From Lingula anatina (Eukaryota > Animalia > Brachiopoda), in the NCBI GenBank assembly GCA_051362555.1, contig CM120640.1:52554788-52618787 (forward strand): a stretch of 64,000 nucleotides of DNA. Direction: 5' to 3'. Below are positions 23,501 to 37,157 of this stretch, piece after piece. A model generated the notes under the pieces. That model saw only the letters and a list, made by a program, of their open reading frames with translations. It did no database searches and was not told the DNA's origin. How positions within the stretch are numbered: the first letter of the stretch is position 1; every line of letters starts with the position of its first letter. The translations under genes were made by a program, and so were the position numbers.

Positions 23501-26076
23501 CTAGCAGTTTTGATGATCTATTTCTCCTGCTGTCTCTGATAAGATAAAGCTATAATTTCCTGATTGTTTTGGGCCATTAATAATCTATTCCTGACAGACA
23601 TATTTTATAAAGTTCTCTTTTGAAAATTCAAATCCCAGGTGACACTGAGTCAGTGCCACAACACAGACACCCCCTCAAGCAGCAAAAAGCTTTTGTTGTT
23701 TTTTTTTCCATTCGATTAACATGCAATTTACCAGTAATGTGTCACAATGGCCAGGTTGCATCAGTGCTATTGTATTATAAGTCTATTGAGTGAAAAAAAT
23801 TGCTCGCTCTTCTCCTAACCACAAGTTGTGATGAGTGTGTGCATGTTATACATTGCTGTTAAAGCAATTTAACAGATATTTGAGAAAAATGGGGGTGAGG
23901 GTAGCAAAGGTCCTCCTGATCCGAGCAGCTGGAGGCCAGATTATTCTTCTGGCCAATTCTGAGGTTGTAAGATAACCAACCATATGACCGGAGTGTCAGC
24001 TGGGCATCTTTTGGGTCAGTGATCTGATCCAGGACTTTTGAGACTATGTAATCACTTTCCATTCACCTATTAGAATATCTGTTCTTTTCTTTTTAAATGT
24101 CACATAAGAATTACACTTTGTTGTTTTTGTATTTGTGCATATTATGATTGGGACCAGGCTTCAATGAAGTTTTAATTTGTGGTGGAGCGAGGGTGGAGTT
24201 CCTTTGGCTGCTCAGGTGTCTTGTGGTGGAATAGAATAACAATAATTATACAGCATGTAGATAATTTTGTCTGTAATATGTGCTGAATAGTTTTTTAATC
24301 AGATGATAGAAGATAAGAGAATTATTCATATTTACCTGAATGACAGAGAAAAAATTATTGCAGTTTTTTATGCAACAACCATCTGACTTTCAGTCATGAT
24401 TAAAGATTTGTCAAGTTTTTTAGATTTGATGTGTGGCATACACTAAAACAGATCTCAGTTATACAAAAATGTTTTGGATTAGATGATATGTGGCATGTTG
24501 CCATGATATGTTTGTAGTTAGCGTTTTAGGCATTATGCCAAATGATTAAATATTGAAAAATGACACTTTGTAGCACCAGATTAATTGTAAATGTAGGCCA
24601 AGCTTATACAGTATGTTAATTGATACAAACTTATTTTTAGACGGCACTCTGTTCCATGTTCTTCATATAGTCAGTTTGAAGTACTACAGTATGACTTTCT
24701 CACATGAAGAGACACCAATGTCATTGCAGTCTAAAGCACCTAGAGGCTGGAGCATTCTAACACCTTTAATCACCAAATTAGGTGGGTGTAAGAATTTCAA
24801 AAAATTTTACTTAAAAATGTCTAATTTTATGAAATCATTTGCCCGAGCTGACCCCTGTGGTGCTGAGGGCTGTATCCCGTTCCCCGTGCCTTTACCAACC
24901 AGGCGCAATATACCCAATGCCTGTGGGGGGAGTGGAGTACAGCTACATTTGTCATTTATGTTAGCCAGAGAGTTTCAAAATGAACTTTAATGTCTGCACA
25001 GTTATTTACCTGTGAACAGATAACCCAAAGAAAATTTGAAATCAGATCTCCCATAAAGTGATGCAGGTGTCAGATGTGCCAGGCACGGTGTAGTTTCCCA
25101 CCAAGATGGTTTAGACCACACAGCCATCTTGATTTCTGTGGATGGCGTCTCTAGGTCATTTTAAAACTACTACGTGTTCAGAAGGTGACTACCAGACTGC
25201 TACACCAGACTGAAGAGAAAATTGATTGCTGCATTCATTGCCATTCGTAAATTTCTCCTGCTTTAAAAGGAAGTGTAAAATAATTATTTTAAGTTTTAGT
25301 GTGAAGTGTAAAGAATTGTGTCATTTATAAATTCCATTTAAATAAATGGAAAGTGTAACAATATTTGTCACAATATATGAAGTTTTTCAAAAGATAGAAA
25401 GTGTGACTTTTTTCTTGAATTGCAGGCAAGCAGTGATTACCATTAGGTTAAAAGTGGCTTCCAAAAAATATGGTGTCAAGGGAACGATGTATTTTTGCCA
25501 AATTACTGCTTTCATCAAAAATGTGTTAGGGTTTGGAGGATTTATCCAGTTTAACAGGCATTATGCAAAACAGCTACATTGTACATTAATAAAAAATAAT
25601 CTGTAGCAGCAGACTTAAGTGAGATCTTTTGCAATCTTGAATGTTCCCGTTGCTTGCCAGAGCTTGGAAGTCCACAAGACAGGTATATTTTGTCAAAGTT
25701 CTGTTTGTCTGTAGAAGCAGGACATAAGATTAATATAATGAATGAAAGATCACCTGGTCTTGTTGCATGATGACTTCAGCAGGAAAGGATGACACAGTTA
25801 TAGAAATCATCAGAGATAGCCTAAAACGAGGCTGTCAGCACTGCATGACATCATGTGAAACTGGAAAACATGCCAGAATCTGCATGAGGTGGGGCTAACC
25901 TTTTAGCCATAAGGATGATCAACTTTATGCATCAGGAATGCCATTTTAAAAAGCAGTAAAAAGTAACACACAAATTGTGGTGAATGTGAGACATTATTGT
26001 GCAAAAAACTGTAGAACTAAGGAGAAACGAACAAAAAAATATCTCAAAAAAATTGTCAGCTTTTATCATTTATAAT

Positions 26077-26715
26077 GGGGACAGCGCGCTGTGCCGAAGG
26101 TTCGCTGTGCCGAGGGTTCACTGTGCCGACAAAACCGGAAAATTGGTCTAAAATCGGCTAAGTTTTTCCGGAGCCCCAAAATCAAATGTTCGCTATGCCG
26201 ATGGTTCGCTGTGCCGAAAGGGTCGCTGCGCCGAGGGTTCGCTGCGCCGAAAAAGTCGGCCACCCATCACCCATTGGGCTTGTTATGTAACGTGGCGAGC
26301 AGTGGCCTTTTTTGAAAATAAACGAGTTTTAAAAGTTCTCTTCTTCCATCCGTACCATTTGGATTTGTTAAAACTGCGCATTGAAGGTTTATCCTTATGG
26401 ACATAAACATCTTAAATCGCTTTAAATAATCAGTTATGTAAGTTAATTTATTAATTATTTTTGGCACTATGGGCGTCACCCACATTTAGGAAATTACTGA
26501 CAAGAAAACATTCTCTAATTATTTTTGGCGAACTTGTTGTAGTTATTGGGTGTGTGTAAAATTAACATCTTTTTATAAACAATCGGCATAGCGAACCCTC
26601 AGTATAGCGAACCTTCGGCTCAGCGAACCCTCGGCATAACGAACCTTCGGCATAGCGAACCCTCGGCACAGCGAACCTTCAGCATAGCGAACCTTCGGCA
26701 TAGCGAAGCGCACCC
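26077..26715. mobile_element. Foldback-like Mutator (MULE) MITE with 16-bp subterminal tandem repeats
   Basis: 9-bp direct repeat ATTTATAAT on both flanks (26068-26076, 26716-26724); GGG...CCC termini; gctgtgccgaaggttc units on the left and about 8 reverse-complement units on the right; CpGs intact. Confidence 0.85.
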
Positions 26716-27901
26716 ATTTATAATTCACTGCTGCACTAAGCTTTCTTGCCTGTCCTTATTTCTGACCCCACTCTCTTCCAAATCCAAAAAAATCTCACTT
26801 CAAGTTTTGAGAAGTTATGAAATTTTGGGCTGTCTAGGATCCCCATATTGGACAGTAGTCCAATCATCATGATAGACAGTCTTGTTGCAGACGAGTTCTA
26901 AAAAGATTAATGTGCATTTGAATTATGTGAAGTGTTGATACCTCCAATAGCATGCCAGATAATATGCTGCTGTATTGCTATTATTTGTGGAACATAAGCA
27001 AAAGCAAGTTTGTGTAGAGTCACTTGTTTAAAAGATATTGAAATTTGTATGATCTTAATCAAATAAAGTGTAGGTACAACAAATATCACAGTAGATAATG
27101 TGTTATTATTGCATATCATGAACTGCCAACTAACACAATCAACAGCGATTACTGAGTGATTTATTTGTCAACAAAAACTTTGTAAATATTGATGTACTGA
27201 TGAAGCATATGCTGATAAATTGCAAGTGAACAATCATTGGCAAGTGTCCTATCCGTTCCTACATTGTTAATGTCTGTGTTCAACAGTAGGGAGAATGGAG
27301 TCTAAAGGTAGCTGAGTATTGATAGATGCTGTGGTGCTTTGATAGTGGGTAATTGTTTCCTGATGATGTTGATTAGTGGCATGATGGAAGCTAAGCAAAG
27401 AGACACGCCTGGAGGTTGCATATACACAGGAATTGTCTTCCTGGCCTTTAATGTGACACATGACAGAAAAGGTGACATGTGACAAAATAGATGGAGTATG
27501 CGATATGACATGCAACAAAATTATTAGGCTACTACTTACCATACTGTATACCATACTGGTGGAACCTGAGGACATGGGATTATACATATATAAGGCTGGA
27601 AAAGGAAGCTTTATGTGATGGTGTATGCAAATAAAATTCATTGGACTCACTTTGGCAATTTAGTAAGCTTAGTATCTGAAAAGTTATAGCCAAATTTAAC
27701 ATTTAGGCAAAACTGTGGTAAAAAATACTTTTCATCAGTACGTTTTGCCAGCCGAAATAAAATATTTAACACTTGGCATTTAAAGAATGTTTCCTTTCCA
27801 AGAGAGAGGCATGTGAATAGATTAACAGGTGATTGATTGTTGACAAAAATAAAGTTACCTCAGTTTATGATCGGTTGAAATGAGGACACAGACTTGACTC
27901 A

Positions 27902-28177
27902 GGTCGCATTCAGAAAAGATGAACCGCGGACTAAATATGGCCAACCACATATCAGAGGAAGTTGCCTAATCCCTTGATGGTCTCACCACCTCCACATGCA
28001 CCATTAAGCGGATTAAATCTTGAGTCTGAGGTTTAAAAGTGCTAGGCCTCTGCAGGGACAGAGTTTGTGAAGGCAGGGAGACCATCAGGAGATTATAAGC
28101 AGCTACCTTTTAACTGGATCGGCCATATTTGATCCACGGATTTGTCAGTCCGAGGATTATCTGTTTTGAATGTGCCG
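27902..28177. mobile_element. Degenerate palindromic MITE, probably PIF/Harbinger type
   Basis: TCA on both flanks; imperfect TIRs (gcattcagaaaagat / atctgttttgaatgt); internal inverted matches aaatatggcc/ggccatattt and tgatggtctc/gagaccatca. Confidence 0.65.
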
Positions 28178-29572
28178 TCAGTAAAAAATGACGGATATAA
28201 ATGAGAGTCCTGTCTCCTACTTGTACACAGGCTTACCATTATGCACATTCACAATATATGAAGGGTACTGCAAGCCTGTGGCTAACAATTTCCAGGGGGG
28301 TGGGAGGGGTGGCATGTTTTTTGTGGGTCTTTTTTTTCTGAAAAAGTGGACTTTTTACTCCTTCAGTTGATCCAACTGAGAACTACATAAAGGCCAGGTC
28401 ATATCAGTATTTAGACCCAGCCACTCCCTAGGAATCTGACACCTCCACCCCCTTTTTATATATAGAGCAGTATTGTTAACTGTAATGTACCTAAGTATTA
28501 ATTTTATCATTTTCTAGAATAGAAAGATAAGATATTATCTAGGAATAATGTGCTTAATTGAGACTTAAATCACCCTTGCACCACACTGCCACACCATACC
28601 CCCTAGGGCTGATCTTTTGCTGCTTATTTATTTGCTTGTAAATGACCTAGTAATCTGTAGATCTAAGATAAGAGATTGATGGTGGTGTTGCCAGGGTCCC
28701 TCCCCTCCAGGTGTGTGCTTGATGGCAGTACACATAAGGAAAGAATTTTCCTAGTTTCTAGAGAACACAAGCAAAATGATCTCCAATTGAAAGAACACAC
28801 AAATATCCAAGAGTTGTTTACACACCCAGCTGGTGCCGTCTTCTGGTTCGGCCTGGCAAGTTCTTTGAAGCAGATAGTATTCTTTACAAAGCTCACAACT
28901 GAAGTTTACACAGTGTGTAGCTGCGTGTTTGAGTAGGGAACTGATGCAGCCTATCTCTCTGTTATCCCAAGACATCTGCTAGAACAGCATGTTGTGAGAA
29001 CATGCTGGGGTGGCTGGCTTGCACCCTGGGAGTCAGAGTACTCTGACAGGGAATCCTCTTTCACACCACAAGCAAATGCTCATGCAGAGGAAAAGACCTT
29101 TGTAGTAATTGGGACTCTCAGGGTGACCAGGCATGACACTAGGACAGAAACTCTCCATAAAACTAGGCCCTTATTTCCGGATGTCTGCTTATCAGCACCA
29201 GTGGTCAATCAGGAGAGATCATGTTTAATGAGATTGAAGATAAGATGCTAGTTATAGGTCCCACTTGAAGTGCCTTTTTCCTTGCCTACAAAGGTTTGGT
29301 TTGTTCAGAGGAAAAATGTGCTAACATTTGCCAGTATAGGCAGAAAGATATACAGAAAATGTGTTTTTATTACTCATTTAAAAAGTATCTCCGCCCTGAA
29401 TTATGTTTTTCCGACAGAGTGAATTTTAGTACACATTGAATATGGCTTCATTAGAAGACCAGTTTACCCAAACTAAATATTTAACAATTATATATGTGTA
29501 TAGGTTTGGTGTTTGGGGTTTCATTCCAGTACCTCCTTGCTTCTGTAACACATAATTGTCATAATTGGTAGA

Positions 29573-29573
<1 letters not shown>

Positions 29574-29607
<34 letters not shown>
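29574..29607. repeat. Poly(G) run of 34 nt
   Basis: Directly visible. Confidence 0.9.
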
Positions 29608-29608
<1 letters not shown>

Positions 29609-31214
29609 TTTCTGTGAATGTAAAAAGTCAGCAAATGCTTATGTATATAAATATTTTTTTTATATTAGGGTGCCACTTGAACAAGCCAATGCTTAATGCT
29701 TGTGTCATTTCAAGTCTCATCTTTCTTTTAGATGTGGGACCTGTACCTTTACTCTCTTAAAACAGATATGATTTACTCTCTGCTATAGATGTTGTCATGC
29801 TGTTGTATAAGGGGAAGCTAGAAGAAAACTGGAGGGAACCAAAATGTTCAGTACCATGTTTCAAGAATATCAGTTGCTTGGGGTTAGGATGGAATATGAT
29901 GTAAGGGCCTGAAAGGGTGTGCCCAAAAGACACCAAAAGATACGTAAAAATAGTTATTCTCATTATGATTGCACTTCAGATGTAAGAACTGGTAAGGTCA
30001 GACCAGTTGTAGGTTATACCCTGTTAGCATGGTGTAAGAACACTTGTCAAGCACGGCATGTGTTATGCTTAACAAGTACTTTGCCTCTGGTAATAATGGG
30101 TAAGGGGGTGTTTCTAGGGGCTGCCATCACCACTGAGTAAGTTATCTTATCAAAACATCTTCACTTAACCAGCACTTCTTCTGTTAAGTGGATATGGGAG
30201 GGGGCTTCTTCTTATCAGCTATCTTAAGTTAATTTTCTCCCAAAATCTTGTCTTCCTGTGTCATCCTTGAAATGTAAAATGCCTGTTCACTACCCTCTTT
30301 TGGAAACTGGTGATCATTGTAGAAAAAAAAAGTGCCGGTCAATAAGCTGTCAAAGTCACAGCACTATGTGTATTACAACTGTTTGGGCACATTTCCATTC
30401 AAGGTATGGCAGTTTAACTTAGTACTTATGTGTTAGGGCCAAGTAGACTATGTAAGTAAGACTTCTAACCATAGGAAGTCTATTGGAAAGCAAATTACCT
30501 GCATTATGATGCAATTAGGCGAAACAAACAAAGGATTAGATTAGCTACCAAAAGTTTATACTGCTGTGATAGTAAATACCAAGTACATTGCAAAGTTGTC
30601 ACATATAACAGGAAATGCAACCTTATTCCTGGCTTTATTTTTGCCATATCCTTGAAACAAGCTGTCCAAGCCTAAAGTATGTTTTCCAATTATTTTTATA
30701 AGAAAGAAATATAACTCCATTAAAATGATGCACTAAGTCGCTGGATAACACTGGGTTTCGATGGTTTCCTTTGCTTGGGAATAAATCATTAAATTTGAAT
30801 GAAATATGCACAAAAATTATGTCATTATTAGAATCTCTGGTGGGGGAAGTATGCCTCCTTAATGCATGTTAACCCAACTTTAGCTTATGGCCCAGCACAA
30901 GAGGTAGAGATGATAATTACAGCCCTCACAACTTGACTAGAAATGCAACTTTGAATGGCATTCCAGCAAAGCATGTATTATCAATAAGATGGGTGGGTTA
31001 AGGGTTCTTTCATTCTGTTATGCGTACCTGTAAATGCAATCTTACAACCTTTGATGAGAAATGCTGAAAAATGGGTAGGGGGTATTTAGAGGCTATTTCA
31101 TATTAATTAATTGATCATTGGTTAAGCTTGACCTCATGCTAATAAAAAGTGTAACTAGATACAAATAGAAGAATTCTAGACTTGATAACAGTGATAGAAT
31201 TTGAGATTTATTTT

Positions 31215-31386
31215 GATCTGTACAAATTATACATACTTAATTAACGTTTAAATGAATAAGTTCACTAGATGGAAAGCAGATTGCAAACCCTCTTCAAAAA
31301 AGATCTGTACAAATTATACATACTTAATTAACATTTAAATGAATAAGTTCACTCGATGGAAAGCAGATTGCAAACCCTCTTCAAAA
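31215..31386. repeat. Recent tandem duplication, 2 x 87 bp
   Basis: gatctgtacaaattatacatac...ccctcttcaaaa starts at 31215 and 31302, nearly identical. Confidence 0.95.
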
Positions 31387-31556
31387 GAAATATATGAGTT
31401 ATAGCCACTATCTGTAAAAACAACAAGTTACCATAAAAATTTTGGTGAAGAATTGGAAAATTGAAAGGTTGGGAGGGTTAGCTTACTGACACAGTGAAAA
31501 TACACCTAATGGCAGCAGGAATAACAATTTTGTGGTGACTGGCAGTCTGTTTCTAA

Positions 31557-31770
31557 GAGCGCATTCCCAGAGATTTAGAACGATCTAACTAGATCGACCT
31601 AACTCCCTGGAGGTTCCACTAAATTGCTGTCAGCCAACCACACACAGAAGTTAATTACTCCTTTACAGCTTTTAGTAGGCGGGACAGACATTTAAGCCGG
31701 CTAAGCTGACAGTAATCTAGTGAGACTCCCTACGGGGATAGATCGATCTAAAATCTGTGGGAATGGGGTC
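31557..31770. mobile_element. PIF/Harbinger (Tourist-like) MITE, family B
   Basis: TAA on both flanks; TIRs gagcgcattcccagagattt / aaatctgtgggaatggggtc; related to the copy at 51854-52106. Confidence 0.8.
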
Positions 31771-31781
31771 TAAGAGAAAGA

Positions 31782-31936
31782 AGGCATTTCCCTTTGAGTA
31801 TGCCTGATTGCACATGAAAGTTAATCACTTCCTAGCTGCTTGAGGAGGTGTGTCATTCAGTTAATCGGACTGCATCTAGAGTCCCCCAGGAGTTGGATCA
31901 ATCTATGTAGAACGATAGTTTCATTGGGAATGAGCC
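31782..31936. mobile_element. Partial MITE of family A next to the family B copy
   Basis: aggaggtgtgtcattcagttaatc...gtttcattgggaatgagcc matches 20455-20554. Confidence 0.7.
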
Positions 31937-34900
31937 TTTAGAATCTTGACACCTTTTGCTTCTGTGTACCATTTTTTTTTCCTGCAAACCATGAGCAGCT
32001 TAAACAGTATTAGGTCATCTAATTCTTTTTATAGATGATAGGATTACCCTTTAACAGCAGCACTAAAGCCTGAGATATATATGCCTGAACTAAAAATGTT
32101 TCCAATTAAAACTGTGAAGGAAACCACAGAAATTGCATGGTACAGCTTTGCTGTGACTTCCTCGCTAACTACTGTGGATTCTGATCTTTGGATGAATCAT
32201 CTTGGATCAGATTTATCTAGAGCTAGGAGGTGCTTGTATTAACTTGGGTATCTGTTGGAGCCATCTCCCCCTCCTACCCCTTGTCTGGAGGTTGTAAGGT
32301 TAACTGGGGTACTTATCATTTAAGTACCATGTAACCTGAAAACTTGCGTCTATCTTTGAATTTTTTTTATCTTATCTAGTATCTAAAGTGACCCCTTGTC
32401 AAAACTTAGCTTAAAGTGTGTTTGGCCAAGTTTAATGATACTTGACCCAGACTTTTAGTTACAATTCTGACATAGATTTGTTCTTTTTTTGATGGTACTG
32501 GCAGGGTAATTATCTTCCCTCTGATAACACTTCAGTGGTGCTCATTACATCATTAGATGGTGATTTAACATGGCCGACCCAACAGTTACACAAGTCATAG
32601 CAGCATCAGGAGGGGAAGTCCTCTATTTGAACTCCTCCACACAGAAAATTGCAGGAAATAAATCCAAGGTGAAAGAACCCATTACCCCAGCTAGACTTCC
32701 ATGATAGTACTGTGTGATTATGTAACACCTCTCAATGGTTTATTTACTATTTACTCACATACAATCTGGATTATAAAGTTTACGTAATTACCAACTCTTA
32801 TTCTTCCTGTTACTCATGCTCATGTGCCTTCATGTCCCCCCATGATACACCTACCCAGTTATTTATGTATATAAAAAAGTTCACAGCACCACTGCTCCCC
32901 AAATTTAATGACAAAAACCCTGATGTCAACCACAAACACCACAGCACTGAAACTTTATGATTCTAAGGGCTATGCTGACCACAATGGTTCACATTTGTCA
33001 ATTTCTTTACTCCAGTTATCACTTTGGCAGGTGCAATGGGAGAGGGGCCTGTGACATTTGAATGAGATATTGAGATCTGATTTTAAGGTGGTCTTTTGTC
33101 ATGTGTCTCTCTTTTAGGTGGTTAGGTACAAAGAACCTGCATTAGGGTATTATCTGGTTTGGACCCAATAAAATTATTGTATATTTTATCTTAGTATAGA
33201 ATTAAGAATACCCTAGAAGTTCTTGGTAGGTGTCTCAGAGCAAAAAAATGTCTATACATTAAGGTTATAGGGCATGGTTTGGGTAGATTGGCAGGGGGTG
33301 AAGAGGGGAGATTTTAGACTGAGGTAAATTCTTCTGAGAAGTTCTTGATGGGGTTTGGGCTTACTGGTAAGATGGGTGTGGCAATATTGTCAAAGTCCTT
33401 TGTTGTTTTGATGTGGGAGGGGAGGGGGTATTGAAATGAATGCAAGTCCAAAGTCCAGGAAGGGGGTGGTATGTGGGCAGACTGCAATGTAACCCCAGTG
33501 AGTTGTGTGTGGCCTATGTGATATGAATGAGACAAGGTGAATAAGGTGTGTGAAGATTGGAGGAACTAAGCATAGTAAAGCCATGACTGTAATCTCACCA
33601 TTAACTCTGATCCAGTTGTCTTTTAATATGACCCTATCATAAGTTGCAGTTACATGCTAAATGAAACTTAACCATGTTGTTAAACACCCTCTGGTGATAT
33701 GTTACAGTACCACGGCATTATAGTTCAAACCACTGACGACTCTAATGATAAATTAGCTGCATATTGTTAAAACTTCAAGGAAAGGGAAATGTGTATCATT
33801 TCTTCCGTCAGAACCATTGATTGCTTTTTTCCCCCCGCTATTTTATCAACATAAAAGGATTTGTCTTTAGGCTGATGCAGGTACATGTATAGTGGTATTT
33901 GTGTGTATGATTGTTTGATAAGGCTAGATAGTGGTTAAGAATAATTTGTTCATAGGAAGGTCCGAGGCTCACTAGATGTCATATGTGATTATATTCCTTC
34001 TATAATGAAAAATTTTGTACAAATATGATTATTCAGGGAAGCAGCTCTCCCCTTCCTTCAAAAACACAACTCCCCAAGCACCAAGAGAGATGACAGAAAG
34101 AATCTATTGCGTACCAAAGAAACCACTTCAGTGACACACCCATACTCCTTAAAAGGGTGTTACCATGTAATTTTAAGGCATGTCATTCTTCATCAAATGC
34201 ATAATGCAATTTATTGCTTGTCTTTCTATTCTCTGTGCAGTTTAACTTTAAAATCAAGTTTTTGCACTTAGGGTTATGATGTGGGGTTGTCATTTAAGAG
34301 ATGTATCAGACTATAATTTCCAAACAAGTTTTTATATTTGAAGTGTGGGTATATATAGACTGACACACTGTGGGAAAAAATGTTGGGTTTTCAGAACAGG
34401 AAGCGGAGAAGAAGAGGAAGGGTCAAATTATAAGATTACTGCCACTATTTACAGGTGTCAGAGCATCGTGACAAGCTTCATTATAACAGGAAGTCCGCTA
34501 GCCACTGCTGACCATGCCACTGGACACACATTCATTCACCTATTTATTTCATCATTCATTCATTCTTTGCCAAATTGACTGCTGTTCCTGTTTTTCCAAT
34601 AACAATTTTTCTGTACTTATTAAGAATAAAAATCTTGATTTGAATAAGAAAGTGCCTAACACATATGGTTAAGAACACGTAAATCAGAATGAACCACACA
34701 TTTTGGGAACCATAACATTCACAACCCTGGAGGATTTCCCCAACTCATCCTGTTGTATCTTTTATTCCTCTTGGATGTGACATTCTCTTATCTCTTTTTT
34801 TTTTTCAATTTGTTTATCAGTTTGGAGCCAGAGTAATCACACCTTAACAGCCTTCGTCTTTTTGTGTTCCTGTTGTGATGATATAAATGGACACTGTCCA

Positions 34901-36705
34901 AAAGTCCCTTAGGTATGCTTTACTGTGTGGGTCATCTAAAAAAGAATATAAGAAATTAGCTTTACTCTTTTATTCTTTAAATTCTCTTTGTCCTGGGGTA
35001 TTTTTATGTGAGGGAGACGAGATGATCATTACAATTTGTTCAGTAAATTGTTGGGTCCCCTTGAGTTATATTTATACGTTATACATGTACTTTGAAGAAC
35101 ATGGTTGTTTTGCCTGCAGTGTGTAACGCCAGGTGTTTTTAATGGTAGCTAATGCAGCAGATATCCATGTATTTTAAAACAGTTTAAAATTTGATCAGGG
35201 TCAAAGGTCAGAAGGTCAGGGCTATAATATCATATATAGTTTAAGCAAGACATTCTGAAGTTCACATGTGTATTATTCAGTAGAATTTTTTAACCAGAAT
35301 ATTTAAAGCCAGCATGACTGGTGCTCTATTTAACCTATCTGCTGTGTAGTTCTCAATTGCAATGAGCTGGGCTTTTTTATGGGAGCATCCATAATGGTTA
35401 TATTGTGTATTGGATGAGAGTGAAATCTGACTCTTGGATCAGTCTGACCCGAAGATCTCATTTTATTCTATCACTGGGCCTAAAATACAATCTCGTGCAG
35501 CCTGGTTTTTAACTGATAGTTCATCAGAGCTGTCTGATGATTAGGCTGTATGAATTCTGGTATGGTATTCTTCACTGGTAGTGACCTTAGGCTGCATCAA
35601 CCCATCTGTGTAATGGCACTAGAATGGAAAGAATAAAAAATGACTGATGCTGTGATAGGCTATCTGTTAAGTTAAATAGTTTGATTGAGGATCATAATAT
35701 TAAGTTTATCCCTGATAGATTTGCTTGCGTGGAATACATGAGATTAAAGGCATGCAATAAAGTGGACAACAACTATGACATTTGCTGCAGAAAAGTAAAT
35801 GTCAATGACAAAGCCAAAAGGAACTGCACCTTCTTTACAAACTGATGCATGTGCATGGATGTATTGGAGTATTATGACACCAGGTGTTTTAACACACATG
35901 CACCCTCACAAACACTTTGATGCATGTTCACAGTTATGAACAGATATAATCACTTAGCCATATGGTAAGTCACCACTTTGTGATTCCCTCTGAGACTGAC
36001 ATGTTCTACAGCAGTGTATAGGTAGGAAATGTCTTGAAGCAGATGACAGAAGGTTCAATGTACATGACAAGCATGAAGGCTTTTTTCAATTTTACAACAT
36101 TAACAGCACCCCCATGTAGTTTAATTTGCCCCACGTGCCTTTGAATGATTATAAAGAATTTTTCTTACTGACAACAGTGTGAAAAGAGAGGAAAGACCGC
36201 TGGCTAAAGTGAGGTTTTGCTGGCACTGTGTAATGATGCATCGATTTGAACAGTACCGAGGCTTCCTGCTTTGTAATAATGCGTTAGTCAGTCACGAGGA
36301 CATTTATGCCATCGTGTTCATGAAATTTGTGATCTTTGGTCTCTGTTGACTGACCACTGGTGACCCAAAGGGTCATTTTTATATGGGTAATTGTTCAGTT
36401 ATCCACAAATTGTCTGAAGACTTCCCTTTAATAAACCAATGAGAACATGTCTCCCCTAGGCCATGTTGACCCACTGTTAGTGGCCTCAAGTAATCAACTT
36501 ACATTTCAAAAAGGTCTCACTTACTAAGGAGGGAGATTTTTTCTGATCTTTAGAATAAATCAAGTTTATGAGAAAGAAAATAAGGTTGGTAGACAGTTCA
36601 ATTTGAACACACTTCAAAGTGATAATGTCTGTCTGCATCCTTAATGTTCTCCGTCTATTAGAGCATGTCCACTAAAGATTGGGTTTGTCTCAATTGCTTG
36701 TGAAA

Positions 36706-36950
36706 GGGCTCATTCCAATGAAACTGTTGGTCTCCGTAGATCGATCCAACTGCGTGGGGACTTTCACTGAATGCAATCAGATTAAAATATTAGCATGCAT
36801 CCTCTTATTTCCAGTATACTTGTATAATCACCCTGTTTCCTGTATGTTACTCAACCCCAGGAGGAGGCATGTTAACCTGTGAAATTGATTGCATTCAGCG
36901 AGGGTTGGCTTCCTACGTAGTAATCAATGTAGTTTCAATGGAAATGAGTC
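36706..36950. mobile_element. Full-length degenerate palindromic MITE, family A
   Basis: Ends gggctcattccaatgaaact / agtttcaatggaaatgagtc; internal inverted match ctgaatgcaatca / tgattgcattcag. Confidence 0.75.
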
Positions 36951-37157
36951 TATAATTATCCGATTGCTGGGAGAAGTTAATGAAAATAATAGAAAGATCT
37001 GTTTCCTTTAATAATTTATAATAATGTATGTGTTTTCTAAAGTGATATTTGAAGTTGACCAACTGCTACATGTTTTTTTTTCCTTTGGAGGGGTGGGATG
37101 GGGTGGGGGATCACTAGGAAAATTGTTTTAATCTTTGAACTAGTTTCAATCTTGCTG

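Noticed and set aside
26066-26485. Overlapping ORFs in the MITE as a transposase
   Set aside because: Short, repeat-derived and without DDE or DNA-binding motifs.
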